Shown here: in pieces, positions 14,124-25,985 of the stretch
How the letters are laid out: the number at the start of each line of letters is the position of its first letter
Position numbering within the stretch: position 1 is the stretch's first letter
Source of the DNA: Rhynchobatus australiae
Taxonomy: Eukaryota
NCBI GenBank assembly: GCA_034780895.1
Contig: JAUZTB010000070.1
Location: 13,178,435 to 13,242,434 of the forward strand
Length of the DNA: 64,000 nt
Direction: 5' to 3'
Program-made: the position numbers and the translations under genes
Notes under the pieces: model-generated
Told to the model about the DNA's origin: nothing
Database searches by the model: none
Seen by the model: the letters and a program-made list of their open reading frames with translations, nothing else

Positions 14124-14146
14124 CTTATGGTATTGCTTTGAATAGC
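14124..14146 (-). other. Candidate 23-nt exon
   Basis: Minus strand: ttcttttgcattctctttttgccAG | gctattcaaagcaataccataag | GTAAGC. Strong acceptor and donor in unique, CpG-retaining sequence. Confidence 0.4.
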
Positions 14147-15099
14147 CTGGCAAAAAGAGAATGCAAAAGAACTTATGTTCCACCAGTTCTTCATTTAACT
14201 GATCTGTTGGTTGATGTTCTGTGTTGTATAATGAAAGCCTGTGTTGCCCGGCATGGTGTCATATTTCTGAGAAGTTCAAAAAGCATGACCAAGGGCAGAA
14301 TCCAGTTCCGTAAGTATAACTTCATGAACTCTGTGTATTTGCTGTGAATGAATGGCTGAAGAAATGAATCATTTGTATTTCTATGTAATATGATTTTGCT
14401 GCCATTCACCCAACTTAGAGCATCTGGGAACTTTGGGATCTTAAATCTGTCAACATGTTTAACAAGCAAGTTAGTTACATTAAAAACAAATAGTAAAAAT
14501 GACCAATTTTTGCTGATACTTAACTCTTTCTTATTAATGCAAACCAAAATAAGTCTGCAGTGAATAATTTAGAACTTATTTCTGATAAACCTTTGGAGAT
14601 TAATAACTCCATGCATTTCCAAAGAGAAGAAAATACTGCTGGTGCTCCACTTATTGGAAAAAACCTTCCTTGAAAAATATTTAAGTACTTACTTAAATTG
14701 TGTCAGTGCAGGTCCGAAAATGGTTGAGCAACTTCTCCCTAATCCTCATGGACATGCTGGTCATTGGTGTAGTAAGCAGTAAGGCTGTGGGGTATGATTA
14801 CTGAGTATTTGAAAACTTACCTGAGATTCAACCCACAGTGAACAACCTTTTCCTGATGTTTTTCTCAGGACTGGAGAGTGACGGTGAGAAAGATTTGTTG
14901 TAGATGGAGGAAGAGGGGGAGTAGCCAAGGTTGGAAGGGAGGTTACATAGAAAAGGTGCTGAGACTGAAGACCAAATGATTAGAGGAAGCAGGGGATAGA
15001 GCTGTTTGAAGCAAGGAAGGAAAGAGGGATTGTGGTGCAAGAGAGAGAACAAGAGAGTAAGGGTTGGAGAGAGGGGGCTGAGAGAGGATAGGCGGGGGG

Positions 15100-15630
15100 A
15101 CACAGAAGGAGATGGAGATTCAAGAATGTAGAGGATCAAGGGTGAAAGGAAGTCAAAGGCAGTGTGGATGATGTAAGGGTTTGAGGAGGATGCAACGGTA
15201 TCCGTGCCTAAGCCTACCTGTTCGTACATGTGATGGGTGCATTGCTGACAAGCACCTATGCATGTGTCTACTTATGCATGAGTGTTAATGTCTATGAATT
15301 AAAGCCTGGTCCACCATTATCTTGGACCTCCTTGCCCAGGATCCGAACCTCAATCTGTCATGCAAGTGCTAGGTGGTGTGCAATGGTCACACAGTGTTAT
15401 AAGTAGTCACGCATGGGTCATTTCCACTCCTCAATATGAAGGTTGGGACCAGAATGTCTGTCCCAGCAGTGGCTGAACTGAAAGTTATTCCACTACACTA
15501 GCCTAGATGCTCTGGCGTTGCTGTGGTCATTGACATTTCCACCCTGAGTGCTAGCAGGAGATTGCTCACTCAAAGAATAAGGAAGTGGGTACACTTTCTT
15601 CAAGGGGGACAAACTGGAAGTGGAACACTG
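15100..15630 (+). mobile_element. RTE-clade LINE 5' UTR plus start of endonuclease
   Basis: Decayed MKxGTxNV...DIxxLS...LxxxxxGYTF, the N-terminus of the RTE AP endonuclease. Confidence 0.7.
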
Positions 15631-16150
15631 TTCTTTGAGTTGGCTATCTCCTGTGTGTCATGTATTACTCAAGGTAGCAATGTCAATGTCAAAGTATCTG
15701 GTTTCCTGGCTGTGATGCTGAAGTGATACTTAAGTCTGTCACTGTTGGAGCTATCCATAAAGGTCCGATGTTCCAGATTCCAAACTACATATTGAAGAGT
15801 GCAAGTTGTCAATGTATGACTTCTTTCACCATGGGATGGCCATTGTACACCAGCTACCACATGATCTTGACAGGATGAGCTCTTAGTCCAGTGGTAAGGA
15901 TGTCCATGATGACCGAAGATCAAACTCTGCTCCATAGACGTTAACACATACATTTACATGGACATAGGCAACTGTCATCACATATACATTCACACATACA
16001 CACATGGGTGGATTCAGGCACACTTTGCTCAGTACTGCTTCCACGAACCACCTCCTCCACTGACCCTTCCCTTGACCCTTCTTGTCCTCAATCTTCCATT
16101 TTCTTGAATTTCCTTTCCTCCAAAGTCTCCTTCATCTCCTGCTGACTTTT
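15630..16150 (-). mobile_element. Second RTE 5' fragment, opposite orientation
   Basis: Minus strand: WNxxTFMDSSNSDR...FDIDIATLS...GDSQLKEQ. Its 5' UTR aligns with 15100-15400. Confidence 0.75.
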
Positions 16151-16249
16151 AGGAGGCTATAGCATAACCCCATCTAAGTGATTGCTCCCTTTTTGTTCCT
16201 AAGCCCTACCCTTAAAGCCTAATTTTAAGACCCTTCTAAGATGTCCTCT

Positions 16250-18980
16250 AGAGTAATGGTTTTGTAGCATCTAATGCCAGTGTGGTAGGAAAGCACTAGA
16301 TTCAGACAACAATAGCACCGAGCCAGAAATGTTATTCTTCCTGAGTGATCCTTGTATCAAATACAAACTGATTTGAATGTATTGGATGTGCATTGGGGAT
16401 GCAGAAACAATAAGTTTCAAAGATTGAGTCAAAAAGAGCTTGAATTTGGTCAGAAGACATCAACGAATGCAGAACAAACATAACAAGCAAGAAACTGGAA
16501 TGCTTAACATCAATTCCTTTGGTGTCCATGCAACTACATCTTTTCAAGTTGCATTGCAATTTTAGCAAAACCTGCAATGACCAACAATTGCACAACACAA
16601 GTATATTGAAGGTCTGGTGATATGGGAAGATGGTGATGTCAATCCTGACATCAATTTCAAAGCAGCCTTGCCCATTGAACTGGGCAAGTCTGAGTGGCCC
16701 TGATTTTCTTTGCCATAGTCTCTTTCCAGACTGTTGATGTGCATGTCACAATTTTCTCTGCAGCACTGCATCAAGGTGGCTTCTGAGTCTGTAAACTGCA
16801 GGAAAAGAAGATCAGGCCTTTGTCAGATTTGCAGGCTTCCCTATCATCCAGAGAACAATCAAACTGTATCATCATTGGTTTGCCACATACAAACCCAGAC
16901 ATCCAAACCAAAAATTTGTAGATAGCCCAGGAAAATGATGTTGGTTAATTTGAAGGACCTATGGAGCAAACACTTTTATCCTGAAGCAATTCGCTCGAGC
17001 CACCATTGTTGTCACACCATTGAACAGCTTGGGAGTAAGAACTGCCCTCTAATGATCAGGCTAATGACGTCACTGTGTTAACATCGCACCACTGTTGATC
17101 ATGAGGGACATGCAGTAACATGTAACAAAAATGACCATAAAATAATCATCAACAGGCAATGTTTCTGCTGCCTGGTCCAATATGTAGGATTCACATCAGA
17201 TAATTGAGGGAATATGTTTAGATTTGCAAAGGTTTGCTGCATCCTACATAGCATAGCGCAAATATGAGTTCACCATTGTCATCAGCTCAGCACCTAAAGG
17301 AGAAGGCAGAGGAAGAGGAGAATGAATTAGGTGGTCAGAAATTGGTTAGCTCAGCCTTGCTTCCAATAATTTTTCCCTGAAATCAGAGCGACTGTAGGTC
17401 CTATTCACTCTTCCACTGCAACTCTTCATCTCCTTTTCCTTTTGACCAACAACACAGAAAATCACATCATTTACTTTCCACCGATTTTTAAATACCCTCC
17501 ATCAAAAAGAACCTGTGAACTGTAAGCAACAATAGCTAATGGCCTTTGCACTTTCCCATTGTGTCAGAGTTCTGTGTGCCTTTGCACTTCCTAGACCTTC
17601 AACACAGGATTCCACCACTGGTGCAATGATAGCAGCATGTGCAACATGGCTATTTTTGTTGGCGCTCTAGATTAGTTGTTTGACCAGCTGCCTAGGGCAC
17701 TGATAGATTTTCTGTGGTGGAAGAATATTGCCATCCTGAAAAAGGGCAAGGGATCCTGGATCCACTATCAAAGCCCCGGGACTGCCCTTCAACATGTCCA
17801 GTGAGTTGTTGGAGGACAGAGTGCTGGACTGAAGTGACATAGCTGCTCAACAGCCATGGCAGCAGCAGCCTGTCAGCTCACAGCCACCGAACACTTGCAG
17901 CACAAATGTTAGGTGACTTCTGCCTCTGCTGCAATGGAAGTTGAATCTATTGCCATCAGATGCCACCCAATTATTGAGCCAGTAAGTATTGAAATGGAAT
18001 TGACCACGTATCCATGCAAGAATGGTTGGACTCCAAGCTCTATACAAAGTATATGCCAAGATAGGGAAGGACTCCCCCTTTCTACTTGACATCAGCACTC
18101 CAGGCACTCAGGATTTTTGGAAGCCCAAGCATCGAACCTTTTATCGTGTGTGTTCCTTACCCTGTAAGCTGTCTTCATCTGTGTCCTCTAATGAGATCTA
18201 ATCATATGAGGAGCTAACACCTCTATCTTTTCCTCTTTTTCTTGTTGCAGACAGCTTATCCCCAGAAATTTACTATGTGTTGGTCCCATATCTAAGCTAT
18301 CCTTTACAGTACACAAAGTATCAGTGTTTGGGCTAGTGCCCACAAAGTGTCTGATCGAGAGAAGGGGCACCTTCATTTGCTGCTCATGCAATGCCTGCCA
18401 GATGAGGGTTCCTGGCAATTTGATAGTAGAGCGGCACAAGAGTAGAGTCGGGGTGATGGGAGGATGCCAAGTTAGAGGTACAACCTTAAGTCATCTGCTG
18501 ACTGTATATTAGAAGAGGATGTGTGACAAGATGGAATTGAGACAACAGGAGGATTAGGTATTACTGTATCTTATCTTCAATAGCATCTTTACACTGCTTG
18601 CCAGCACTCCCTCCTTCACCAAGGCTTTCTGTTCTAGAAAGTCCTGCAGCCCACTCTCTCCTATGTTATGCCCTGTTTGAGTGTTCCAGATTAACTGCTA
18701 GCCTCTGATGCAGCCATAGTACACCTCCCAGTTACAACATACAGTCTAAATTAAACTGGTGCTGGCCACTCTCAAAATTGGGTGTGCTGCTGAGACAAAG
18801 GCCAATGTATGGCACAGTTTGTGCTGGCTGCATGCAGCAATCACGTAAATATGCGGACAGCCAATAGTGGGAATGCAATCTGCATCAGAAGCCTAGTGAC
18901 TGGCAAATTAGTCGGGTTAGGATGAGGTGGCATATCACAATCCTTTTTCTTGTTTTCAGGTGTTATCCAAATTCTCTTCC
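16250..18980. mobile_element. PIF/Harbinger DNA transposon fossil with two convergent genes
   Basis: HARBI1-like transposase remnants on +, and a second decayed ORF on - that recurs at 26.6-27.1 kb and 59.0-59.75 kb. Probable right end near ...gttatccaaattctcttcc (18980); left end uncertain. Confidence 0.7.
16500..17400 (+). pseudogene. HARBI1-like DDE transposase pseudogene
   Basis: Motifs in the expected order across frameshifts: SQFSLQHCIK, FVRFAGFPIIQ (16819), FILKQ, LGSKNCPLMIRLMT (17028, cf. LGDxGYPLxxWLMT), QCFCCL (17157, cf. xRFRCL), VCCILHSIA (17232, cf. CCxLHN), then an acidic tail. Confidence 0.8.
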
Positions 18981-20785
18981 AGTGTGTAATTGTATTATTG
19001 GAGTTGATAAATCTAATGCATCAAAGTATGCCAATAACCAGCACACTGGTGCACTTTACAGAAGCCATCACCTCGTAGGTTCTTGGAAACTTTGCTTCCA
19101 ATATTTACCATGGCAAGCTTTGATACTGGACAGCAATTGTAGGATTTAATTATGCACTATTAGATTTTGTCAATTACTGTTAAAGTGTAACCACAACAAT
19201 ATCACACAATGAGTACAGCAAGGAAGAGATGGCCATTGAGCCTATCATATCCACAATGGTTCCATTTAAGAATAGTCCAGCCAGTTCTACTCCCCTACCC
19301 CCTCTCCACCTTCCTGAAAATTGTTTCCTTTCTGATACTGACTACAACTGCATCTGCCTCCACTGCAATCCCTGATAGTTCCAGGCCTAGCCACGTGATG
19401 TGTTAAAATATTCCTCCTCATGGCTCTGTATGCAATCCACCTGTACAAATACATAACTAAGAATAGAATCATGATGTGTCAATATAACATACTACTCTAC
19501 TTGATCATAGGCTTACCTATACACATTATCTCCTACTATTCCTGAAGAAATAGAGTGGAATTCCAATTATTGATTTTACAATTAAATCTTTAAAATTAAA
19601 GCTTATGTTTTTGACGAGATTAGCATTTTTTTGAACAGGCCACATCCACTTCATTTACATTGCTCCCTGCTTGAGTGAAAGGGTTTGCAGCACCTCAGGC
19701 CTCTAACATTAGTCTAATTGTTAATAGTCCTCCAAGCCACCAGGGGATTATCTTGTGTTACTGCCTGATCTTCAGCAGATGCCATTCTTTCTGTCAGGCT
19801 TGTCATTGGCAGACACTGGCTGGCTCAGTCAGCTTGTAAGCAATAAATAAAGCTGTCAAAGGATAAAACTTCCTCCTTCGCATGTTAAAATACAACATAA
19901 TGACTAATTAATTAATGGAGTTGTCTGTGACTCCTGCAATATTTTATAGATGATGCTCAGATTCTGAAACCTCTGTCACTGAGTTCAATGTGAGCAGGCA
20001 TCTTCAAGATTCCCACTCATTATCCAGACGTGCAACCAGGCTTCTAATGGGATTGTTTCTTCCTTCACGTTAACTGAATGCGATGAGGCTCATAATGGCT
20101 TTGTTGCTTTCTTCATGGCAACACAATGCAGTATTGTATCTTCATCAGTTACAAAGACTCGGAAATATCAAACTATGCTGTTTCAATGCAGATCAATTTC
20201 AATTGATTCCCTTTGATCTCATTTAATTGCAGAGGTGACCATCTCTCAACAAATGAGAAGGTGAATCTGTACAGCATCACAAAGGGCTGAAATATGATTC
20301 TCTGTGTGTCTGAGTTAATCCGTCTTTAAACACATTGATGAAGTTCTCACCAATTATTCGCTTTCTAGATTTTGACATGTTCACAGGCTTCTCTCTGCTC
20401 TCACCTCCAAAATTTAAACAGTAACAATGCAGGTGAAAATACCATTACAAATCCAGAAAGCAAAACAGTTAACAATTAGAAAATTGCAATCAAGTTACTG
20501 GAATGTTGGCATTAATCATCAATAATGCCTCAATCTGGACCTCCCTGAGGGAGTACAGATTACCGCAAAGCATAGCAAATATGAAGATGGTTATGGGAGA
20601 CTAAGTTCAGAACCTAATAGAGAATCGACAGTGAAGAAAAGAAAAACAGAGATCCATTGCTGCAAATTAGGAAACTCAGCCAAAAGATTTATTCTCGCGG
20701 AATGAGAGGCAGGGCTGTTTGAAGAGGGAGCAGAGGCAAAGAACAATAAAGCGTGCAAGATAAAGTACAATAATAGTTAAACACT
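17500..20785 (+). repeat. Segmental duplication, copy A
   Basis: Collinear with 26420-29455. Examples: atgccaagttagaggt (~18464/~27173), tccacttcatttacat (~19645/~28524), gctgaaatatgattctctgtgtgt (~20286/~28983). Confidence 0.9.
19640..20400. promoter_or_regulatory. Candidate conserved non-coding element/enhancer
   Basis: Unique sequence with three CTGTCA (MEIS/TGIF-type) sites at 19791, 19853 and 19973, TAATTAATTAAT at ~19905, and CAATAAATAAA. Conservation across species not verified. Confidence 0.45.
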
Positions 20786-21227
20786 TAAAATGAGACATAC
20801 TAAGGAATATCAAAACCAAATAATTATACCTCCCCACTGGGAAGAAAAAGGGCTCTCATCTGATATTTTTGCATGTTCAACACAAAGGCAGCCCTTATAG
20901 ATAAGCCTGCAGATGCAAGGAACAAGACTTCTTGTGAAATGTGGTAAGGTGAACATGCAATCATTTTACTGCTGGCCTGCTGTAAATACTATTTTCCTGA
21001 TTTATGCAAGTTCACAGATAATATTATACTGGTGAATTGTTTGATCAACTGAAATTCAATTCAAGTTTCCCAGGAAGTGAAATTATGGAGAAGCAACAAG
21101 TCAACAGATCAGTGGATTACATCAAAAGTTTTGAAACTTTTTTTTTCTGTGCCCTGCATCAAAGAGAATCGATCCCTGCCCCCATTACCCATCCTCCCCT
21201 CTTCCCAATCCTCCACTATCAATCCTC

Positions 21228-21320
21228 TTCTTAGACAGTCTCTCAGGATTGTAGGTAGGTTGATTCCTCTCCAGTTTTGTGAGTTCTAAGGTGCATAATG
21301 AGGCCAATGAGGGATTTGTT
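21228..21320 (-). mobile_element. RTE 3' terminal fragment
   Basis: cttcttagacagtctctcagg is the reverse complement of the RTE tail seen at 21970-21997. Confidence 0.6.
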
Positions 21321-21469
21321 TTTTCTGGCCTATCAATTCTCCACTCTAATTATAAACAAAGAATAAAAACAATTTGCTTTTCTAACTGCAGTCTATGTTT
21401 TTGACAACTCTTAAGGAGGGCTTGTCACCTTAAGGCAGGTGAAATGCTAAGCCTTAATGCTCCAAGACC

Positions 21470-21997
21470 AGGACTATCAAAGGAAAATATCTCTAGGCAC
21501 TGGAAAGTTATTACCAACCCTGCTCTGCAAAATCCACCAAATTCACTGGAAAGATAGGCCAACTAAAGCCAGTGTCCTCTCCCAGGCCAACATCTCCAGC
21601 AGCAAGGCCCTCAGTACACCCATTCATTCCATTGGACAGGCCATTTCATTTGCAAGCCGATGCAAAACTTTAAAAACCCTATTCTCAGATATGTCACGGG
21701 AAGAAATTTCTCGACAAAGTAAAAGATTCAAGGATGCACTCAAAGCATCCATGAAAATATGCAACATCTCCACTGACTGTTCAAAGTGGAGAAGTAACAT
21801 TCGGATGGTCTTGAGAACCTTGAGCCCATGCTCAGGAGCACACAAGGAATACACCACCTCACAAACTATCCACCTGCCCAATCGATCCTGCCCCATCTGT
21901 ATTAAGTTTCCACATTAGCCTTGTTAATCAGCACAAAGGCCACAAAAATGAAGTGGAGGCAAACTTCCTCGACTCTAAGGGAGTGCCTAAGAAGAAG
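21470..21997 (+). mobile_element. RTE-clade LINE 3' end
   Basis: ORF 21457-21918 LCKIHQIHWKDRPTKASVLSQANI...KRFKDALKASMK, ending in a cctaagaagaag tail. Confidence 0.85.
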
Positions 21998-21999
21998 CT

Positions 22000-22127
22000 G
22001 CTCAGAGAACTAAAATGTTTTACAATGGAATGCATAGAGAATCTCAACATTTTACAATGGAATGCTCAGAGAACGCAGGGTGTTTACACAGGAATGCGTA
22101 AAGAATTTAGGTAGATTATACTGGAAT
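22000..22127 (+). repeat. Minisatellite, 4 x 32 bp, degenerate
   Basis: Units start at 22000, 22032, 22064 and 22096; consensus approximately GCtcAGAGAAnnnnnnnnTTTACAatGGAAT. Confidence 0.85.
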
Positions 22128-22804
22128 TATAATCTGGCATAACATCTGGACCATAGATTTCACTATTCTGTTTTTCTATTCCAATATTCAATATTTTCCA
22201 TGCCAATATTTCCTATGCTTCAGGCAACATGTTATCATTATTTCCATTGTAAAATGTATAATCCTAAATCACACCTGCAAGGTGAAAGCTATTCATGATA
22301 TATTTACCTGGGGTTGTGTGAGCAGTCCTTCCTACAGTAAGTACAAAGTATGACTTTGGCCTTAAGGCATTCCGAAAGAATGAGTGATGCCCATCCTGGT
22401 ATAAAATTAACTCCATACCCAGAAATAATCACAATTGACTCATGCCCGCTAAAGGCTGCATGTGTGGAAGAAGATATTCATTTATAAGAAGCCAATTCAG
22501 GGAATGATAAGTGTTTTTTTTTACTAATGATACCAATATTTGCTGTATAAAAAAGAATGTTGCCATTGCAGAAATAAATCACCAGACCTCACAACCTTTC
22601 CAGGGAATACAAATGACAGTGGTAACTGTGCCACCCAAGGTGGAATAAGCAAAGCCAGGTGTCAGGGGTCATCTTAATTTTAATTCCACCTGAAAATATT
22701 TTAACTAAAAACTGCGCACATGAGATAAAAGCTATGCATAGCATTCTACAGCAATAATATTTAATACTGATGCTAATGAAATAACTGAGCTGTGGAGATT
22801 TCCT

Positions 22805-25800
22805 TTTTATGCATTCAATGGATGTGGGCTTTGCAGGGTGAGCCAGCATTTAATTGTTCATCCCTAGTTGCCTTTGAGAAGGTCGTGTTGAGCTGCTTGA
22901 ACTGCTGCAGTCCTTGAGGTGTGAGAGTGTCCACAATGCTGTTAGGGAGGGAGTTCCAGGATTTTGAGCCAGCAATGGTGAAGGAACAGCGATATATTTC
23001 CAGGTCAGCAATATATTTCTAGGTCACCATTTCTAGGTGTGGCTTGGTGGGCAACATCCAGGTGGTGGTGTCCCCATACTGTTGATGCCCATATCCTTCT
23101 AACAGGTAGAGGTCATGAGTTTGGAAGGTGCTGTCTAGGGAGTCTTGCTGAGCTGCTGCAGCGCATCCTGTAGATGGTACAAATTGCTGCTGCTGTGCAT
23201 CAGTGGTGGAGTGAGTGAATAGTTGTGGATGAGGTGCTTATCAAGCAAACTGCTATGTTCTGTATTGTGCTGAGCTTCTTGAATGTTGTTGAAGCTGTAC
23301 TCACCTGTGCAAGTGGAGAGTATTCCATCGCACTCCTGACTTGAGCCTTGCAAATGGTGGACAGGCTTTGGGGAGTTAGAAGGTGAGTTACTCACTACAG
23401 GCTTCCTAGCCTCTGACCTATTCTTGTAGCCACATTGTGTATATTCTACTCCACTTTAGTTTTTGGTCAGTGGTAATCCCCAGGATATTGATAGTGAGGG
23501 ATTCAGTGATGATACTTGAATGTCAGGGAGTGATAGCGGGATATTCTCCTGTTGGATATCATCATTGCCTGACCCTTGTGTGGCATGAATGTTACTTGCC
23601 ACCTATCAGCCCGATCCTGGATATTGTCCAGGTCTTTCTGCATTTGGTTGAGGACTGCTTCATTATCTGAGGAGTCGCAAATAGTGCAGTCCCCACTTCT
23701 GACCTTACAAATGAAGGCGGGTCATTGATGAAACAATTGAAGATGGTTGGGCCAAGCACACTACCCTAAGTAACACCTGCAGAGGTGTGCTGGGGCTGAG
23801 ATGATTGACCTCGAACCACCACAACCATCTTCCTTTATGCAAGGTATGATTCCAACCAGTAGAGGGCTTTCCTTCTGATTCCCATTGACTCTAATTTAGC
23901 CAGGGTTCCTGTCCCTTGTTGTCAAGGGCAGTAGCTCTCACTTCACCTCCGGAGTTCAGCTCTTTTATCCATGCTTGGACTAAGGCTGTAATGAGGTCAG
24001 GAGCCGAGTGACTCAGGTAGAACCCACACTAAGCAGGTTGTTGCAAGTATTGTTTGCTAGCACTATAGATTATCCATTCCATCTCTTTGCTTATGATTAA
24101 TAGTAGACTAACGGGGTGGTAGTTGTCTGGGTTGGACTTGCCCTGCATCTGATGGACAGGACATATCTGGGAAACTTTACACATTGTCGGGTAGATGCCA
24201 CAGCTGTACTGGAACAGTTTAGCCATGGGTGTGCCAAGTTCTGGAGCACAAATCTTCACTACTATTACCAGAATGTTGTCAGGGCCCATAGCCTTTAGCT
24301 GTTTCTTGATATAACATGGAGTGATTCAAATTAGCAGGAGACTGGCATCTGTCATGCTGGGGACCACTGGAGGAGGCCGAGATGGATCATCCGCTCAGCA
24401 CTTCTGGCTGAAGATCCTTTCAAATGCTTCAGCTTTCACCTTTGCACTGATGTGCCGGGCTCCTCCATCATTGAGAGTGAGGATTTTTGTGAGCCTGCTC
24501 CTCCAGTCCACCACCGTTCACAACTGGATGTGGCAACACTGCAGAGCTTAGATCTGATCCGTTAGTTCTGGGTTTGCTAGCTCTGTCTACTGCATGCTGC
24601 TTATCTTGTTTGGCACGCAAGTAGTCCTGCCTTGTAGCTTCAGCAGGTTGATTCTTCGTTCTGAGGTATGCCTAGTGCTGCCCCTAGCATGCCTTCTTGC
24701 ACTCTTCATTGAACCAGGGTTGATCCACTCATTTGATGATGATGGTGGAGCGGGGATATGCTGAGCCATGAAGTTGCAGATTGTGGCTGAGCACAATTCT
24801 ACAGCTGTTGATGGCCCACAGTGCCTCATGGATGCCCAGTCCTGAGTTGCTAGATTAGTTCATGGTCTGTCCCATTTTGTATGGTGGTATTGCCACACAA
24901 CACAAGGAAGTGTAATTTCACTGTGAAGACGGGATTTCATCTCTGCCAGGACTGTGCGGTGGTCATTCTTTCCAATACTGTCGTGGACAGACGTTTCTGC
25001 CACAGGTAGATTGGTAAGGATGAGATCAAGTAGGTTTTTCCCTCTTATTGGTTTCCTCACCACCTACAACAGACCTATTTTAGCAGGAATATCTTTTAGC
25101 ACTCGGCCAGCTTGGTCAGTAGTGGTGCCACCAAGTCACTCTTGGTGATGGGCATTTAAGTCCCCCACCCATTCAGCACCATTGCCACCCTCAGTGCTTC
25201 TTCCAAGTGGTGTCCTACATGGAGTAGTATTGATTCATCAGCCGAGAGGGCTCAGAAAGTGGTAATTAGTGGAAGGTTTCCTTGTCCAAGTTTAACCTGA
25301 TGCCATGAGATTTTGTGGAATCCGGAGTCAATGTTGAGGACTCCCGGTGCAGTTCCCTCCCAACTGTACACCACTATGCCACCACCCCTGCTGTGTCTGC
25401 CCTGCTGATGAGACAGGACATCCCCAGGGATGGAGATGGTGTCTGGGACGTTGCCTGTAAGGTGTGATTCTGGAGTATGACTATATCAGGCTGTTGCTTA
25501 ATTCATCTGTGAGATAGTTCTCCCAAATTTGACACAAGCCCCCAGATGTTGGTAAGGAGGTCTTACAATGTTGAGAGGGCAGTTTTTGCTGTTGTTGTTT
25601 CCCATGCTGAGGTTGATTCTGGGTGATCTGTCTAGTTTTATTTCCTTGTGGCTTTCTAGCAGTTTATTACAATTGAATGGCTTGTTAGGCCATTTCAGAG
25701 GGCACCTAAGAGTCAACCACATTGCTGTGGGACTGGAGTCACATGTAGATCAGACCAGATAAGGATGGCAGATTTTCTCTCCTACAGAACGTTAGTGAAC

Positions 25801-25985
25801 TAGATGGGTCTTTACAACAATCGACAATGGTCTTCATTGTCATTAATAGACTTCTTAATTCCAGAATTCAAATTTGAATTATCACCATCTGCTGTGGTGG
25901 GTTTTGAACCCAGGGCCCCAGGATTTTGCCCTGGGTATCTAGATTATTAATCCAGTGATAATATCACTGTGCCGTTGCCTCCCCA
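22805..25985 (-). mobile_element. Near full-length single-ORF CR1/L2-group LINE (EN+RT, decayed) with tRNA-like 5' head
   Basis: EN begins TNIWGLVSNLGEL at ~25553, then PIRGKNLLDLILTN; RT MGPDNILVIVVKICAPEL...NYHPVSLL. A-box-like 25964-25974, B box GGGTTCAAAACCC 25899-25911. Many stops and frameshifts. Confidence 0.85.

Noticed and set aside
14138-14347. Plus-strand 69-aa ORF with a GTAAGT donor at ~14309
   Set aside because: No recognisable protein and a weak acceptor; the minus-strand splice signals fit better.
14821-14870. 50-nt minus-strand exon candidate with CAG|GTAAGT
   Set aside because: The acceptor derives from a low-complexity, repeat-associated pyrimidine tract and two frames are closed; no further support.
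14828-15229. 133-aa Ser/Pro/Leu-rich ORF
   Set aside because: Result of purine/pyrimidine-skewed low-complexity sequence in or near the RTE 5' UTR.
16500-17400. Host HARBI1 gene
   Set aside because: Multiple stops and frameshifts and lost catalytic residues; a transposon relic.
22000-22127. CRISPR-like constant/variable periodicity
   Set aside because: Variable parts are only ~8 bp, repeats are imperfect, there are no cas genes and the context is eukaryotic; it is a minisatellite.
25890-25985. Possible tRNA gene
   Set aside because: Only degenerate A/B boxes attached to a retroposon body, with no cloverleaf. The same applies to the heads at ~54660-54735 and ~62770-62815.
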